A DNA stretch of 64,000 nucleotides, from NCBI GenBank assembly GCA_046563655.1, contig CM102286.1:3100001-3164000 (forward strand), written 5' to 3'. The notes under the pieces are model-generated. The model was not told the origin of the DNA. It saw only the letters and a program-made list of their open reading frames with translations, and did no database searches. Shown here piece after piece: positions 52,046 to 64,000 of this stretch. The translations under genes were made by a program, and so were the position numbers. The DNA is from Yuukianura sp. NJ FZ-2021 (taxonomy: Eukaryota). Within the stretch, counting starts at the first letter, position 1. Each line of letters starts with the position of its first letter.

Positions 52046-55000
52046 TTATCGCGAAAATGAACGTACACGACCTTTGCTGTAAACACTGACACTGGACGAA
52101 ACCGAGACTTTCTCAGTCGCTTCTTGTTCATATCCATCACCTTCAGAGTCGTAATCGTCTGGATAAATTTCTGCCTCAGAAGAATCTGATGGAGCTACAG
52201 TCGTCGTCGTTGTCGTTGTACTTTTAGGTGTGGTAGGTGGCGTTGGTGGTGGAGTAGAAATTTCAGCAATAGTAGTGTATACTGGCCGTGAAGTTGTGGT
52301 TGTTCGAGAATGTCGTTTATACTTTCCCGCCGAAGTTTCACTGTAGCTACTATAGTAGGACTGGAACGGTGAAGGTTTTGGTGATGTTGGAGCTTGTGTA
52401 GAATACCAGTACGAGTAGTGATCTTCAGGAGGTGAATAAGTATAGAGAGTGGTAGTGGAGGGAGGGGGTGTGGTATAGGGGGCGGGAGTAGTAGCAGAAA
52501 TATGGTAAACAATCTGTGGATATGGCGTTGTGGCGTACGTTGTTGGAGTTGTTGTTGTAGGTGGCGCTGTAGTAGTCGTCTCTTCCGTAGTTGTCGTAGG
52601 TTCTGTAGTTGTCGTGTATGGAGGGGCTACTGTAGCTGCATAAGATGGTACATAGGGATTCGGTTGCCAATAGGAGTTTGGTAGAGACGAATGGTGACTT
52701 GGTGGGGCAAAGAAGTTGTGAAAAGTAGCTGGAGGTTGATTTGCAGTGGCATGGCTGTAATGACTTTGTATATTGGGTGTGTGATAGGTGGGCGGAGGAG
52801 GGGGTGTGGGATAAGGGGAGTTAGTATGGTAAACAATCTGTGGATATGGCGTTGTGGCGTACGTTGTTGCAGGTGGCGTCGTAGTAGTTGTTTCTTCCGT
52901 AGTTGTCGTAGGTGCGTAAGGAGGGGCTACTGTAGCTGCATAAGATGGTATATAGGGGTTTGGTTGCCAATAGGAGTTTGGTGGAGACGACTGGTGGCTT
53001 GGTGGGGCAAAGAAGTTATGAGCAGTAACAGGAGGTTGATTTGCAGTTACATGGTTGTACTGATTTTGCATATTGGGTGTGTGATAGGTGGGCGGAGGAG
53101 GGGGTGTGGGATAGGGTGCGGGTGTAGTAGCAGGAATATAGTAAACAATCTGTGGATAAGGTGTTGTGGCATACGTTGTGGGAGGAATTGTTGTTCTTGT
53201 TGTTGTAGGTGGCGCTGTAGTGGTCGTTTTTTCCGTAGTTGTCGTAGCTTCTGTAGTTGTGTATGTAGTCGGAGGAGGTGCGTAATTTGGAGTGGGCGGG
53301 GCTGCCGTAGTTGCGTAATATGGAGCTGGTGGGGCTGGTGGAGTTGCATAATATGGAGTGGGAGGGGCTGCTGTAGTTGCGTAAGATGGTCCATAGGGAT
53401 TTGGTTGAGAATAGGAATTTGGCGGGAAATATGGCGGGGACGACTGGTGGCTTGGCGGAGCAAAGAAGTTATGGACATTAACAGGAGGTTGATTTGCAGT
53501 GGCATGGTTGTACTGATTTTGCATATTGGGTGTGTGATAGGTGGGCGGAGGAGGGGGTGTGGGATAGGGTGCGGGTGTAGTAGCAGGAATATAGTAAACA
53601 ATCTGTGGATAAGGTGTTGTGGCATACGTTGTGGGAGGAATTGTTGTTGTTGTTGTTGTAGGTGGCGCTGTAGTGGTCGTTTTTTCCGTAGTTGTCGTAG
53701 CTTCTGTAGTTGTGTATGTAGTCGGAGGAGGTGCGTAATTTGGAGTGGGCGGGGCTGCCGTAGTTGCGTAATATGGAGCTGGTGGGGCTGGTGGAGTTGC
53801 ATAATATGGAGTGGGAGGGGCTGCTGTAGTTGCGTAAGATGGTCCATAGGGATTTGGTTGCGAATAGGAATTTGGTGGGAAATATTGCGGGGACGACTGG
53901 TGGCTTGGTGGAGCAAAGAAGTTATGGACATTAACCGGAGGTTGATTTGCAGTGCCAGGGTTGTACGGAGCCTGCATTGGTGGGGTATATCCATAAGGAT
54001 TGTACATTTGTGGCATCGGTGGTGGCATAATATACTGAGGCTGTGGTGGTGGCATAATATACTGAGGCTGTGGTGGAGGCATAATATACTGCGGTTGTGG
54101 CATCTGTGGTGGCATTATGTACTGAGGTTGTGGCATTACATAGGGTGGTGTCTGAATGATAATAGGAGATGGTTGGTGGCTCCCGTAGGAGGGTGGTTGG
54201 TAGTACTGCTGAGGTGGGGGCGGTGGGGCATCGTAACCATAGTTGTTATATCGATACCGTGATTGTGGATATCTGGATCTGTATCGCGAATAGTCGTATC
54301 CTCCATCCATGTCCATGTAACCATAAGCTGGTGTTGTGGTTGTATCAGGAGGAGGAGTGGTAGTGTCTGGAGGTGGAGTTGTCGTTGGCGGTTGAGTAGT
54401 AGTTGAGCAGCATTTCTTTTTGTACTTCTTTTTCTTATATCGTTTTGGAGGCTGGTAGGTGCCATAGTTGTTGGGCTGGTAGTTACCGTAGTTACCGGGA
54501 GGGTAGTTACCACTGTTACTCGATTTGGCCATCGTATAGTTCCCACCACCCTGGAATGGAGTTGGACCGGGACCTGGAAATTTACCGGGACCAAACGGAC
54601 CGCCAAATATGCCATCAAATGGAGGAAATGCAGGACCACCTAAAAAGGAAAATCATTTCCATGTCATTTCCAATAAGGCATATATTTTTTTTAAACTAGA
54701 ATTTGTAACGTTTCAACAAAAATTTGAATTCTGGCGCATTTTCAAATTGACTTTGAAAAGCGACTAAGCTCATCTTTTCAGGACCAACTTGTTTTAATCC
54801 AGTTTTTCCCAATCAAATCAACCAAGATGCAAAATTTTTTTAAATTTGGAAATGACTGGAAATGACTTGCCTGGCACGAATGGGAATAAACCAGGATTAA
54901 AAAAGCCGCCCTTACTGTAGATGCCGTAAGGAAAGCCCCAGAATGGAAATTTGTAAGGCGGGAAAAAGACACGATCTTCTGCTTGAATCGTGGAATTTGA

Positions 55001-55350
55001 ATCGTCATAACCTTTTCTGGCGTTTGGTAGTTGCTGAAGTAATGGTGGATTCGGTAGAAGACCGACTCTCTTCTCGGAAGTATTCGTAGGCAGAGTCGTA
55101 GCCTTGAGATGATCAATCATAAAATTTTTCAGTGCTTCAGTTCCTGCAGCACTCAGGGAATTAGAATGCTGGAACAGTATACTCATCAACACCAGAATAC
55201 TTGGAAAGTTGAAGACAGCCGAGTTCTGCAAATTTTCAATAAAGAAGTCAAAATTTTCAAATAGAAATCAAAAAAATAAATTGTCGCCCATGCAAATTTA
55301 GTTACCGTAGAAAATGGCAAACTCACTGAAAATTCGTCGTACGGTAGCAT
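52046..55350 (-). CDS. Secreted Pro/Thr/Tyr-rich repetitive (extensin/mucin-like) protein, 3 exons
   Basis: ATG 55350; exon 2 from 55226 carries a signal-like segment (FPSILVLMSILFQHSNS); GC-AG intron 54640-54870; a long final exon containing the 828-aa ORF with PQPQYIMPPP, PTT and PPY repeats. Confidence 0.8.
52480..53955 (-). repeat. Coding tandem repeat: units of 453, 453 and 300 bp plus a fourth diverged unit
   Basis: Anchor GTTGATTTGC at 53941, 53488, 53035 and 52735; the first two units are nearly identical. Confidence 0.92.
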
Positions 55351-56297
55351 TTTGTTGCTTGAAATTGAACCACCTAAAATTTTAAAATGATTGAAAACTA
55401 GAAACGTTTTTGAAATCTTAAGCCATAATACGCCAACATTTTCGATTTCACAGCGCACCTATGATCTCCAATCCTATCCAAAACGGAATTGGTTCAGAAT
55501 TTGGATTGTAAAGGTCCCTGAAGGCCGTTGCTATTTCAAGCCCTCAAGGACTTCCGTGTCTTTCTAAAGACGAAATAGAAAGTTACTGTTATTTAACCTA
55601 CTTCACAAGAAAAGGAAAAGTAAAGGTGTAGCTTTCACCAGAACCAAAATTCAATCTGTATTTTTAGTTTTGTTGAATAAAAATTGGATAGGTATAGCAT
55701 AAGCATAACACTTTTCAAAATATTGATATTCGTTGAATATTTTTTGAATGAATACTTTTGATGGAAATCGGTACTAAAAGTGATCTAGGTTTAAAATGTA
55801 CGAAAATAGGTAACAGGATTCTGATCGACATTGACCTGAATTCTTTAGAATATGTTAACAAACTCTTAAACCTTAATCATTAACCGTTTTTGTTTTATAT
55901 GTTAATGTAATGATATACATATGTAAAATGTCACTTCATGTCTACCATTTCAAACCTTTAACTTAACATTAGAATAGTTAATTCTGCTCATAATCAGGAC
56001 AATTTCAGAAAACGCGAAATTTTCAATTCGATTTAGAAAACGGTTTCAAAAAGAAGTTAATTTTTTGGTAAAAACTCTGATGTAAGCAACCACAACGATT
56101 TCCGTTTCTAATGTACATGGTTTAGAACTGCCTAAATTGAAACATTAAATCTTCGGTTACTCTAATTGAAACTTTAGATGAACTTTAGTCTGTAATTTAA
56201 ATCAATTCATGGATTTATGAATCGGCTATATATACATCATACACAAAGGCGATGGGCCGGAGTTAAAATTTCAATTTTCTCGGAATTTTTTAGAATC

Positions 56298-57459
56298 ATG
56301 AAGTCCTTCATTCTAGTCTTGTGTCTCGGCCTTGTTGTCGCCGCCTATGCTTTTCCATCTGGAGGTTATTCATAAAGCGACTTTTACTTTTCCAAAAATA
56401 CATTTCAGAAAATATAAATTCATGTAGTCAAAGTAAAAAAAATATATAATTCAGAAATAAATTTATAAGTTATTCCCCTATTGTTTTAGGGGATGCTCCT
56501 CCTCCAGAATCATCGGAATCGGGAGATGACGCTTCTGTTCCCGAACCAGCCGTCGAGGATGATGATGATTATGATTACAACTCGACTGCCACAGATCCAG
56601 AAGAAATAGTGCCACTTCCTCCTCCTCCACACAGTGATGGTGACGATTTTGCCAATAACACCGTCAGTGGCGAAGAAAACGCTCCAGCTCCAGAAGAACC
56701 CGTTCTGGAATTTGATGAACTCAAGGATCTGGTCAGCGAATTCTCCAACTACAGCAAGAACACCCTCAACACTGAGGATCTTCTGAAACGTGTGACGGAA
56801 CTTGAGAACCAAATCCAACGAAGTTCGCAGCAACTCAGTAAGGACCTTGAAAAAGAACGCAACCAGGTCAGTCAACTGGGATACTTGCTGCTTCAAATCA
56901 GGGAGGTCAAGGCCAAATTGGCTTCGGTTGAAAACAATATCAAGAGCTTAAATACTGGTAACCTCCAATTTCAGTTTGTTTCAATTTTCAAAACTTGAGA
57001 AATTCAATTCCAAAAATCGATTTAGCTGCTCAGCACTTGGGACGGGAGCAGCCATACATACCGGAAGGTGGCCAATTCGATTTGTCGAGAGGTACAAATC
57101 ACCGTTCTTGGGCAACACTCTACCGCAGTCGTGGGCATTCTGGTGAGTCTTCAATTTAAAAAATGTGTGTTTAAAAGTGAGGAGTTTTTAAGTCAACATT
57201 CTGAAAACTGTGTTTAGGTCGAAGCTATCAATTAGACTTCCGAACTTGCACCGTGTTTGACAACTGTTGTAAGAATTTGGAAGATTTGGACAACGACTCG
57301 CAGTCAATCCATACGCACGACACTTGCGTCGAAATGTTTGACGGAAGAGACTGTACTGGAGACAGCCGTGAATTCTATCCCGGATCTTCCGCAAATCATC
57401 AAGATTTTGGAAGTTACAACGATCGCTTCAGTTCAGGAAGACCTTGCAACCGATCCTAA
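56298..57459 (+). CDS. Secreted protein: acidic region, coiled coil and C-terminal beta/gamma-crystallin-like domain (4 exons)
   Basis: TATATA at about 56227; signal MKSFILVLCLGLVVAAYA; heptad region LLKRVTELENQIQ...LASVENNIKSL; C-terminal WATLY...LDNDSQS...CVEMFDGRDCTG...YNDRFSS. Confidence 0.7.
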
Positions 57460-57686
57460 ATAAAAAAATCATTGGAAATAGCTTTTCGTAGAAATCATTG
57501 ATTCTATTCCCAAGAAAATTCAAATTCTGAAAAATAAAATAAAATTTCTGATGTAGTTACCTGGAACTTTCTGTTTTTAATTTTCAATTTTAGCCGTGTA
57601 ATTGAAGTAATTCTTATTCTACTGTAATTGCATAAATTCATTCAAAAAAGGCAGTAAAACTGGAAATTTTAGTTTCATGATCATAA

Positions 57687-58459
57687 AGCCCGTATCACAT
57701 TGCCGACGCACCTCAACTTTTTGCGTTGGATTTGAATCCAACGGGAGAAAAAGGCTATCACATTGGATTTGAGGCTGCGTTGAGTTGACGCGCGTTTTTT
57801 CTCAGCCTCAAACTCAACGCGACCTCAAAATCGGGGAGCTATCACACTGCCTCCTTCCGATTCAAAACTGACGTCGCGTCAAGAAAAGTTGACGCGATGA
57901 GAAGTTGAACTTGGTTCAACTTTTCTTCGCGTCAAAATTGAATCGTCTGTTTTTTTAATTGTTTACCATCTGCTATTTGAACTTTAACTAACTATGACAT
58001 GGTTTAACTTCAGTTTCAAGTCAGGTAATGTCCATTTTGCATTACTGAATCAAAATATCGTTAGAAGTTCCGGCGCCGGACTTGTTATTTGTATTTAATT
58101 ATTTTATTTAATTAATTTATGGAAAAATGGATGAAGAACCTTGACTTTAATGGGAAAGTTAAGAAACGGAAGGTCAAGCACTGAAATTGACCAAGGATTA
58201 CATTTAACCTCAGCTTCTCAGCTGTTCATCCATATCCAATACTTTTCTGCATGTTCCTCATAGGCTATAAGTCATAGCCTAGGATCAGTCATAGTAGGTG
58301 TAGGGAAATCTGTGCGTTTTTTTTGAAGCTGCTTTTTTTTCAACGCCAGAGCTCGCAGTGTGATAGCCTTCGGGTCTGCGTCAAAATCAACGCGCTTTAA
58401 TTCTGAGCGTCAACTTTAAAGTTGACGCACGACGCAAGGCCTGCAATGTGATTCGGGCT
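57687..58459. mobile_element. PIF/Harbinger (Tourist-like) MITE
   Basis: TIR AGCCCGTATCACATTGC / GCAATGTGATTCGGGCT; TAA TSD at 57684-86 and 58460-62; subterminal GCTATCACA.TG repeats. Confidence 0.9.
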
Positions 58460-59460
58460 TAAAGCAGCAACTTTTGGCGTCGTGTGCTTGCGGCGGTAGA
58501 TGAAAAACTCCACCTCACTTCCTATCCTCCTCCTTTTGTGTACATTTGTTTTTTGTTTGTTATGTTTTTAGTCATTTGTTCTTCTCATGACATATTTCCT
58601 TTGAATTTGTCATTTAATTAATCATATTGAATTGAACAGTTGGGTAAGTTTCTTAGTTAAAGAACTGAAGGTCATACGTTCCATTGTTTGGTAAGTAGCT
58701 TGCTGTTTATTGCTTGTATTAGATTTATACTGTCATAACTTCTCAATGTCGCAAGTATTCAACAGGTGGTGAACTCCTTGTCCCTTGTCTCCAGAACCGG
58801 ACTGCATTGAACGTAACTTTGGTGACAAACGACGAAAAAACGAACCAGGTACGTAGTAAGTAATCACGTATTCAATGTTAACTGTGTTACAGAAACGTAC
58901 GTAGTACGGTCTCCCATAGTTATTGTTAATTCGAAAAGTAGGAGCAGGACCTGCAATGGTATTAACTTTCACGCATGGCATATGATTAACATTTTGACAA
59001 TATTCACTGGCTAAATTAATCGTTGTTTTTGATTAGGAGAGTGACAATCATTTGGACCTCGTCGAACAAGTGGAATTCTGTCGCCTTAACGCAAAATGGC
59101 AATAATTGTGGTGGAACAACAACCTGCGGATGTGTCGCGACCATACTTCAACTTCATGCACTTCACGACGCCACATGGAATGCTTTTGTTGGCGGAATTC
59201 GTAAGTCGACGACAAACTAAAAACTGTGAGTGTATTTAGGTAATGAACTGTTTAATATAACTATGTATATGTTGTTTAGATCGTGGCAATTATTATTTTT
59301 GTTCTTGGACCGCCTTGGTGGTTGAACATTGTCAGTTGGTTGGCATGGATCGTTACTAATCTTTTGATCCTCATTTACCTCTTCTCGCTTCAAGAGCGAT
59401 ACACCAGTAATCCGCCAATCAAAATTGTTGTAAGGCTTAAATCCAACTACATCTAAAATT

Positions 59461-59909
59461 CACGGTCATTTCGTCGAATGTATTACAACGAGAAGCGAAT
59501 TTCCCAGAATGAATTTCCACGAAACGAATTAGTTACAACGAAACTTGAATTACAACGAAAGTTGTTTTCAACGAAAGAGGTGTCCAGTTTAATAACCTGC
59601 CATTGCGACCTGCGCCTTCGGCGCGGGAACATAGGAGCTCCTTCATCATATAGAAGCTTACCTAGGTTTAATGTTCTATGCTGTTTCAGTCAGTGAATGA
59701 ACTTATATTTTCTCGCAAAGAAGGTGCGGTGTTATGTTATTAAACTGGACAATATTGATCAGAAGTTGTTGGTTAGGTTTTGCATTCATTTCCTTCGTTG
59801 AATTAGAACTTTTGTTGTAATTCAAGCTTAACTTGTAATTCGCCTTTCATTGTAATTCGCCTCGGGGTCATTTAACTTTCGTTGTAATTCATTCGATGAA
59901 ATTGCGAGC
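59461..59909. mobile_element. Degenerate foldback-type element with TTACAACGAA tandem-repeat arms
   Basis: ATTTCGTCGAATGTATTACAACGA (59468) is inverted against TCGTTGTAATTCATTCGATGAAAT (ends 59902); inner inverted pair TGTCCAGTTTAATAAC / GTTATTAAACTGGACA; no clear TSD. Confidence 0.75.
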
Positions 59910-62900
59910 TCCCAAAAAGCATTGCATAAGTTGGATACAGTTAAATTTTGGGCGTTAAAACGTTTTCAGGAATTCTATTTTTGCGGTGGAACCTGCATCT
60001 TGTACGCCTTGTGCTGCCTGTTCAACTTCATCTTCCTTGATTGGCTTACTGGGGTGAGTTAAAGCTGACGAGACGTGACGTGGCGACCTGCAAATAGCTA
60101 ATGTTATTTACACAGTCAAAAGCCCAATACTAAAATTTCATTTGTCTTGACAGATCTTTGCTGTGGCCAATACCGTGGCTTACGCAGCGTCAGCCTTTCT
60201 TCTTTTCTCCGAATGGAACAGTTTCCGAGCCAATTCTGGTACTTCTCCAGCCGGAACACTTCCCAAGTAATTCAGTATTTTTCGCCTGTGGTGTCGATGG
60301 TTGCTGGTGGTTGGTACAAATGGACCAAATTGGAATAACTTACACTAAAAAGTGGTAATAAGTGAGTTCGATGATTTGCCTTTAATATTTCATTACATTC
60401 CCGCTAAAGCTATGTGCCCTAAACGTAGTAATATTAGAGGTTGCATCTTAGATCTGTTACTTAGTTTTCTTTGGTTCAAAATCCAGATTGTTATTTGCGT
60501 TATTTTTACAATTGTTTTCCCTAAAACTATTCACCATATTAAATTTCGCTTTAATTTGTCACCTTTTTGAGTTTTAGCTAAAACTCATTCCACTTTTCAA
60601 CCTTGAGAAATTTCTGCCGACATGTGAAGCCTGACTTCGGCAACGGAAGTTATGCTCCATCACAATCTTTAATTCCGTCGTCACCTTCCTTTCCGTTGTT
60701 TGAACAATTGAATGGCTAGGTAAGACTAACGTAGTAAGTAATTTCAACCTGTTTCATTCCCCATCATCACTACTCGCATCGTCGCATCTCCTGCTGCAAT
60801 CAACATCCCCTACCTGCCTATTCCCAAGGTTTCCCATTGTTACGGATATTTTCTCATTCAGTTGCATTCTAGGTTTGACACGGGATACATCCTTTGTCTC
60901 CTCCATAAGAATCTACATCAAAATACTTAAAAGAGGCACAAGAGTAACACCTTCCCAGGAACATTTCATTCTATTGTCATCGTCTGTAGAATTTTTCAAG
61001 TCCAAAAGGAAATACAAGAACAGTTAGGATTCTTCGTCTCAAAACTAATTTTCTCATCAAGTCTCTCCATTTGTCATTGGCACAACTGAGCAACCCAAAC
61101 AGCATCTTCCCAAATTGCATCAAAACGCTGTTTTTTAACTCATCTTGGTCCTGTGTAACAATTTTCGTGTCCATTTGTAACATTTCTAACTGCAACTTCC
61201 CAGTACAAACTGCTCTTCTTACAACTTAATTACCGGTGAACATCAAAGTGTCAAGTTTTTTGGGTGGAAAAAATATAAGTTTTAAAAAAAAAAGGAACGC
61301 GTTGTATTAAGTTTGGGACTTTGCGTTGAATTTTTTTTAAGTTTGCGTGTTTAAATTTTTAAATTTTGGACAAATTATTAATATGCGTCATCCATTCTGA
61401 AACTTTTTGCAAATAACGAAATGTGCAAAAATAGAACGGAACTTACCCTACTGCACTACTCACTACTACGACCACGTCCAAGGAGACTCTTAAACAATTG
61501 AGATCTTTATCGCCTTGTCAGATTTGGTCAATCGAAGTCTATTGTCTACAGGAAGAAGTCGAAGGACAAGCCTGCCTACTCCATTGTGTCAGTTTTCTAC
61601 AAAAGTGTATACGTTCTTACAGATTTGTTAATTGTGCAAAAATTGAATTCAAATTAGATGTCCTTAGATGACTGAAAACATACAAGCATGTGACATTACC
61701 AACAAAGAACAAATTTCACAATGAAATTTGCAACTCCACTTTGAAAATTTGGTAAGCGTCAAATTTTTAGCCATTCTAACTAGGTATACTCAAAAAGTTT
61801 TCAAGTTATAAGTTGTGACTAACGTCGAAAATGTATTATGTAACAACTTTTTGAAAAATTTTCGAAATCAAGTATTTATATGCATTTTGTACGGTCATTT
61901 AAATGTGTAGGAATGGCATTCACAAATTTGTGAGTTTGATTTGAATGGATCAAATTTGTTTCAAATTTTTGCCCCATTGACAATTTGTACTACACAGCAG
62001 CATCATAGCGGAAAGTTCAAAAAATCTTTTGTTTCATTTAACATTTCAACTGCAATCAAAATTTTGAAAGGGAAATGTGTCTATTGTTACCTTCATGTAT
62101 CGATATCCTCATCAATCAAGACTGACAGGGATTAACGATTAACTACGAATCCTCAATCCTTTTACATGCAACATATACACAAAAAGTCGCCGGAATTAAA
62201 AAAAAGTGTCATGTCATCTTACGGTCGAATATCTCTTCACTGTTATCATTCATCATTGTAGCGTAGGCGAAATTTTTATTTATAGAACTGCATGATTGGC
62301 ACCTTCATGCAGAAGATGAGCTCCCTGCAATTATTGGCACCTTTGACACTTCATCTCTCACTAATTTCTTAGTCTTGGTACAAACCATTCAATTCATTCG
62401 TAAATTTGTACACCATGTACCACAATAAATTGTGTAAGTCACCGTATGCAACATCTAAGTGCAGTAAGATTCGAAAGTGAAGGAAGTTGTAACCGAAAGT
62501 GGTTTTTAATGTCAACAGACCTTAGGTATTCAGGTAACCAACAGAATAAATTATTCCGTTTGACATTTTATTGACGTTGTTGAACAATTTCATTTGTTGG
62601 TGTCCAAAAAGTTACAAGTCCATTGAAAATTTAAATTTGCTTGGGCTAATTTCGCATTGAGTGCATTACTTCCACCTACAAAGTGTTTACAAATAAAATT
62701 GACAAGTTTACAATGAAAAAAAGAAAGTGAGAAATTTTAACTGACTGGATCCAAGTACTGACACAAATGAAACTCGTTCGAGTTGAAGAAATTCAACAAC
62801 TTTTTTGTTACAAAAGTTAGTTTTTGTTACAACAAAAATTATTGTGTCATTTTTTTAAGAATCTGCGGTAAAAATTTGTTACGTACACAAATTTTGTACA

Positions 62901-64000
62901 CTGTGTTGTATCAAATGTTGTGTTTGTATTCAAGTCTTCAACAATGTATTCTGTGCGGTTTTCCATGAATTTGTTACGCATGGTTCCTATTATGAGCTTC
63001 CGCTAAGCATGGACATGCGCATTCAGTTAAGAGTAATAAATTTGCTTAGTAAATTTTGGATGTAAAGAAAAATCTATAAGATGAGATTTTCCGAACATGA
63101 AAATTTGAAAATTTGAATCTTTAATTTATTTCTACACACTTCTCAAAAAAGTCTCACACCTTTCTCTCCAGTTAAGGACTTTGTAAAGTGGAATAAGGAA
63201 ACTTTCTGAGCTTATAACTTTTGCGTAGGTGTGAAATTTGAAAATTTCTTTTCATTTTCATTACTACAAGCTCATTTTTCTTCAGTTTCCTCGCTTTGAA
63301 GAGGAAGAAATTAAGGAAGTGAAGTGGATTTTTAAATATTCAACGAGCCCTCGATAATTGCTAAGTTTTTGGTCTTTTGTGAACTCGCTTGTAGCTTTTG
63401 GCTGTTGAAAATGAAGGAACTCCGCCTTAAAATCCCATTAAGACGAGAGAGAGATGCGTTTCCAAACTGGAGATTTACAAAGGAATCTGGTTAATCTTGC
63501 CCTAAAGAAGATGTGTTCAACACGACGTTACTTTTGAAAGCGTCCTTTCAATGGATAATGCACGAGAACGCATTTTTTAAAGATCGGAACTAAAAAGCTT
63601 AAAAACGGAAATTTAAAAAAAATGTTTGAAATTCTAAGGCGGATTGAGATTTAAAACTGTCTGGAACATGAATCGTGACTCGCTGGAGGCATGGAGTCTG
63701 TTTAAAATTGAAAATTTGAAAAAACATGGGTGAAGTTACTAATAATAGTTAAGATTTTTTTTAACCTTTGGCGCCCCTCCTAAGTTTAGCCTCTCACTGA
63801 AGAATTTTTTGAAATTCAACTAAAATTATGCAATCTCACGCTGATCTGGGCCCTTCGGAGCCCTTATATTAGACGCGGGTCAAATTTTATACGGGTCAGA
63901 TTTGTTCTCATCCAGTCGAGATCGTGATTTATGAGATTTAAACTATGGTTGTCCCAACGCTTTTCTTGAAAACTCGTTTTTTAAAACTTTTTTAAACAAA

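Noticed and set aside
52691..54262. 523-aa Cys/Arg/Trp-rich plus-strand ORF and 315-aa alternative-frame ORF
   Set aside because: Antisense and shifted-frame shadows of the repetitive Pro/Thr/Tyr coding sequence.
63848..63863. GGGCCCTTCGGAGCCC as a third copy of the foldback hairpin
   Set aside because: Imperfect stem and no flanking repeat arms within the window.
1..64000. tRNA, rRNA or other structured RNA genes
   Set aside because: None recognisable by eye; tRNAscan-SE or Infernal would be needed to exclude them.

Overview
AT-rich eukaryotic genomic DNA with many short GT-AG introns; gene content and intron style suggest an arthropod, plausibly a springtail or other soil hexapod (inference, not provable from this window). 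About 16 protein-coding genes can be reconstructed: TRPA-like channel, Jun, GMC oxidoreductase, L-2-haloacid dehalogenase, modular serine protease, SLC17 transporter, GPI-type cadherin-domain protein, DUF4808-like membrane protein, FBXL18-like F-box protein, beta-hydroxyacid dehydrogenase, divergent LTA4H-type M1 aminopeptidase, UDP-glycosyltransferase, fungalysin (M36), MATH-BTB protein, a Pro/Thr/Tyr-rich repeat protein with a TE-riddled decayed paralog, and a secreted beta/gamma-crystallin-like protein. Most notable is a set of microbial-type genes domesticated in an animal genome: a bacterial-type haloacid dehalogenase that has gained a signal-peptide exon missed by the ORF track, an 8-intron secreted fungalysin, and a YkwC/plant-type beta-hydroxyacid dehydrogenase. 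There is also a SPOP-like MATH-BTB protein with an apparent signal peptide and at least ten non-autonomous DNA transposons, several with clear TIRs and TSDs. All gene models are manual; no homology searches were run.
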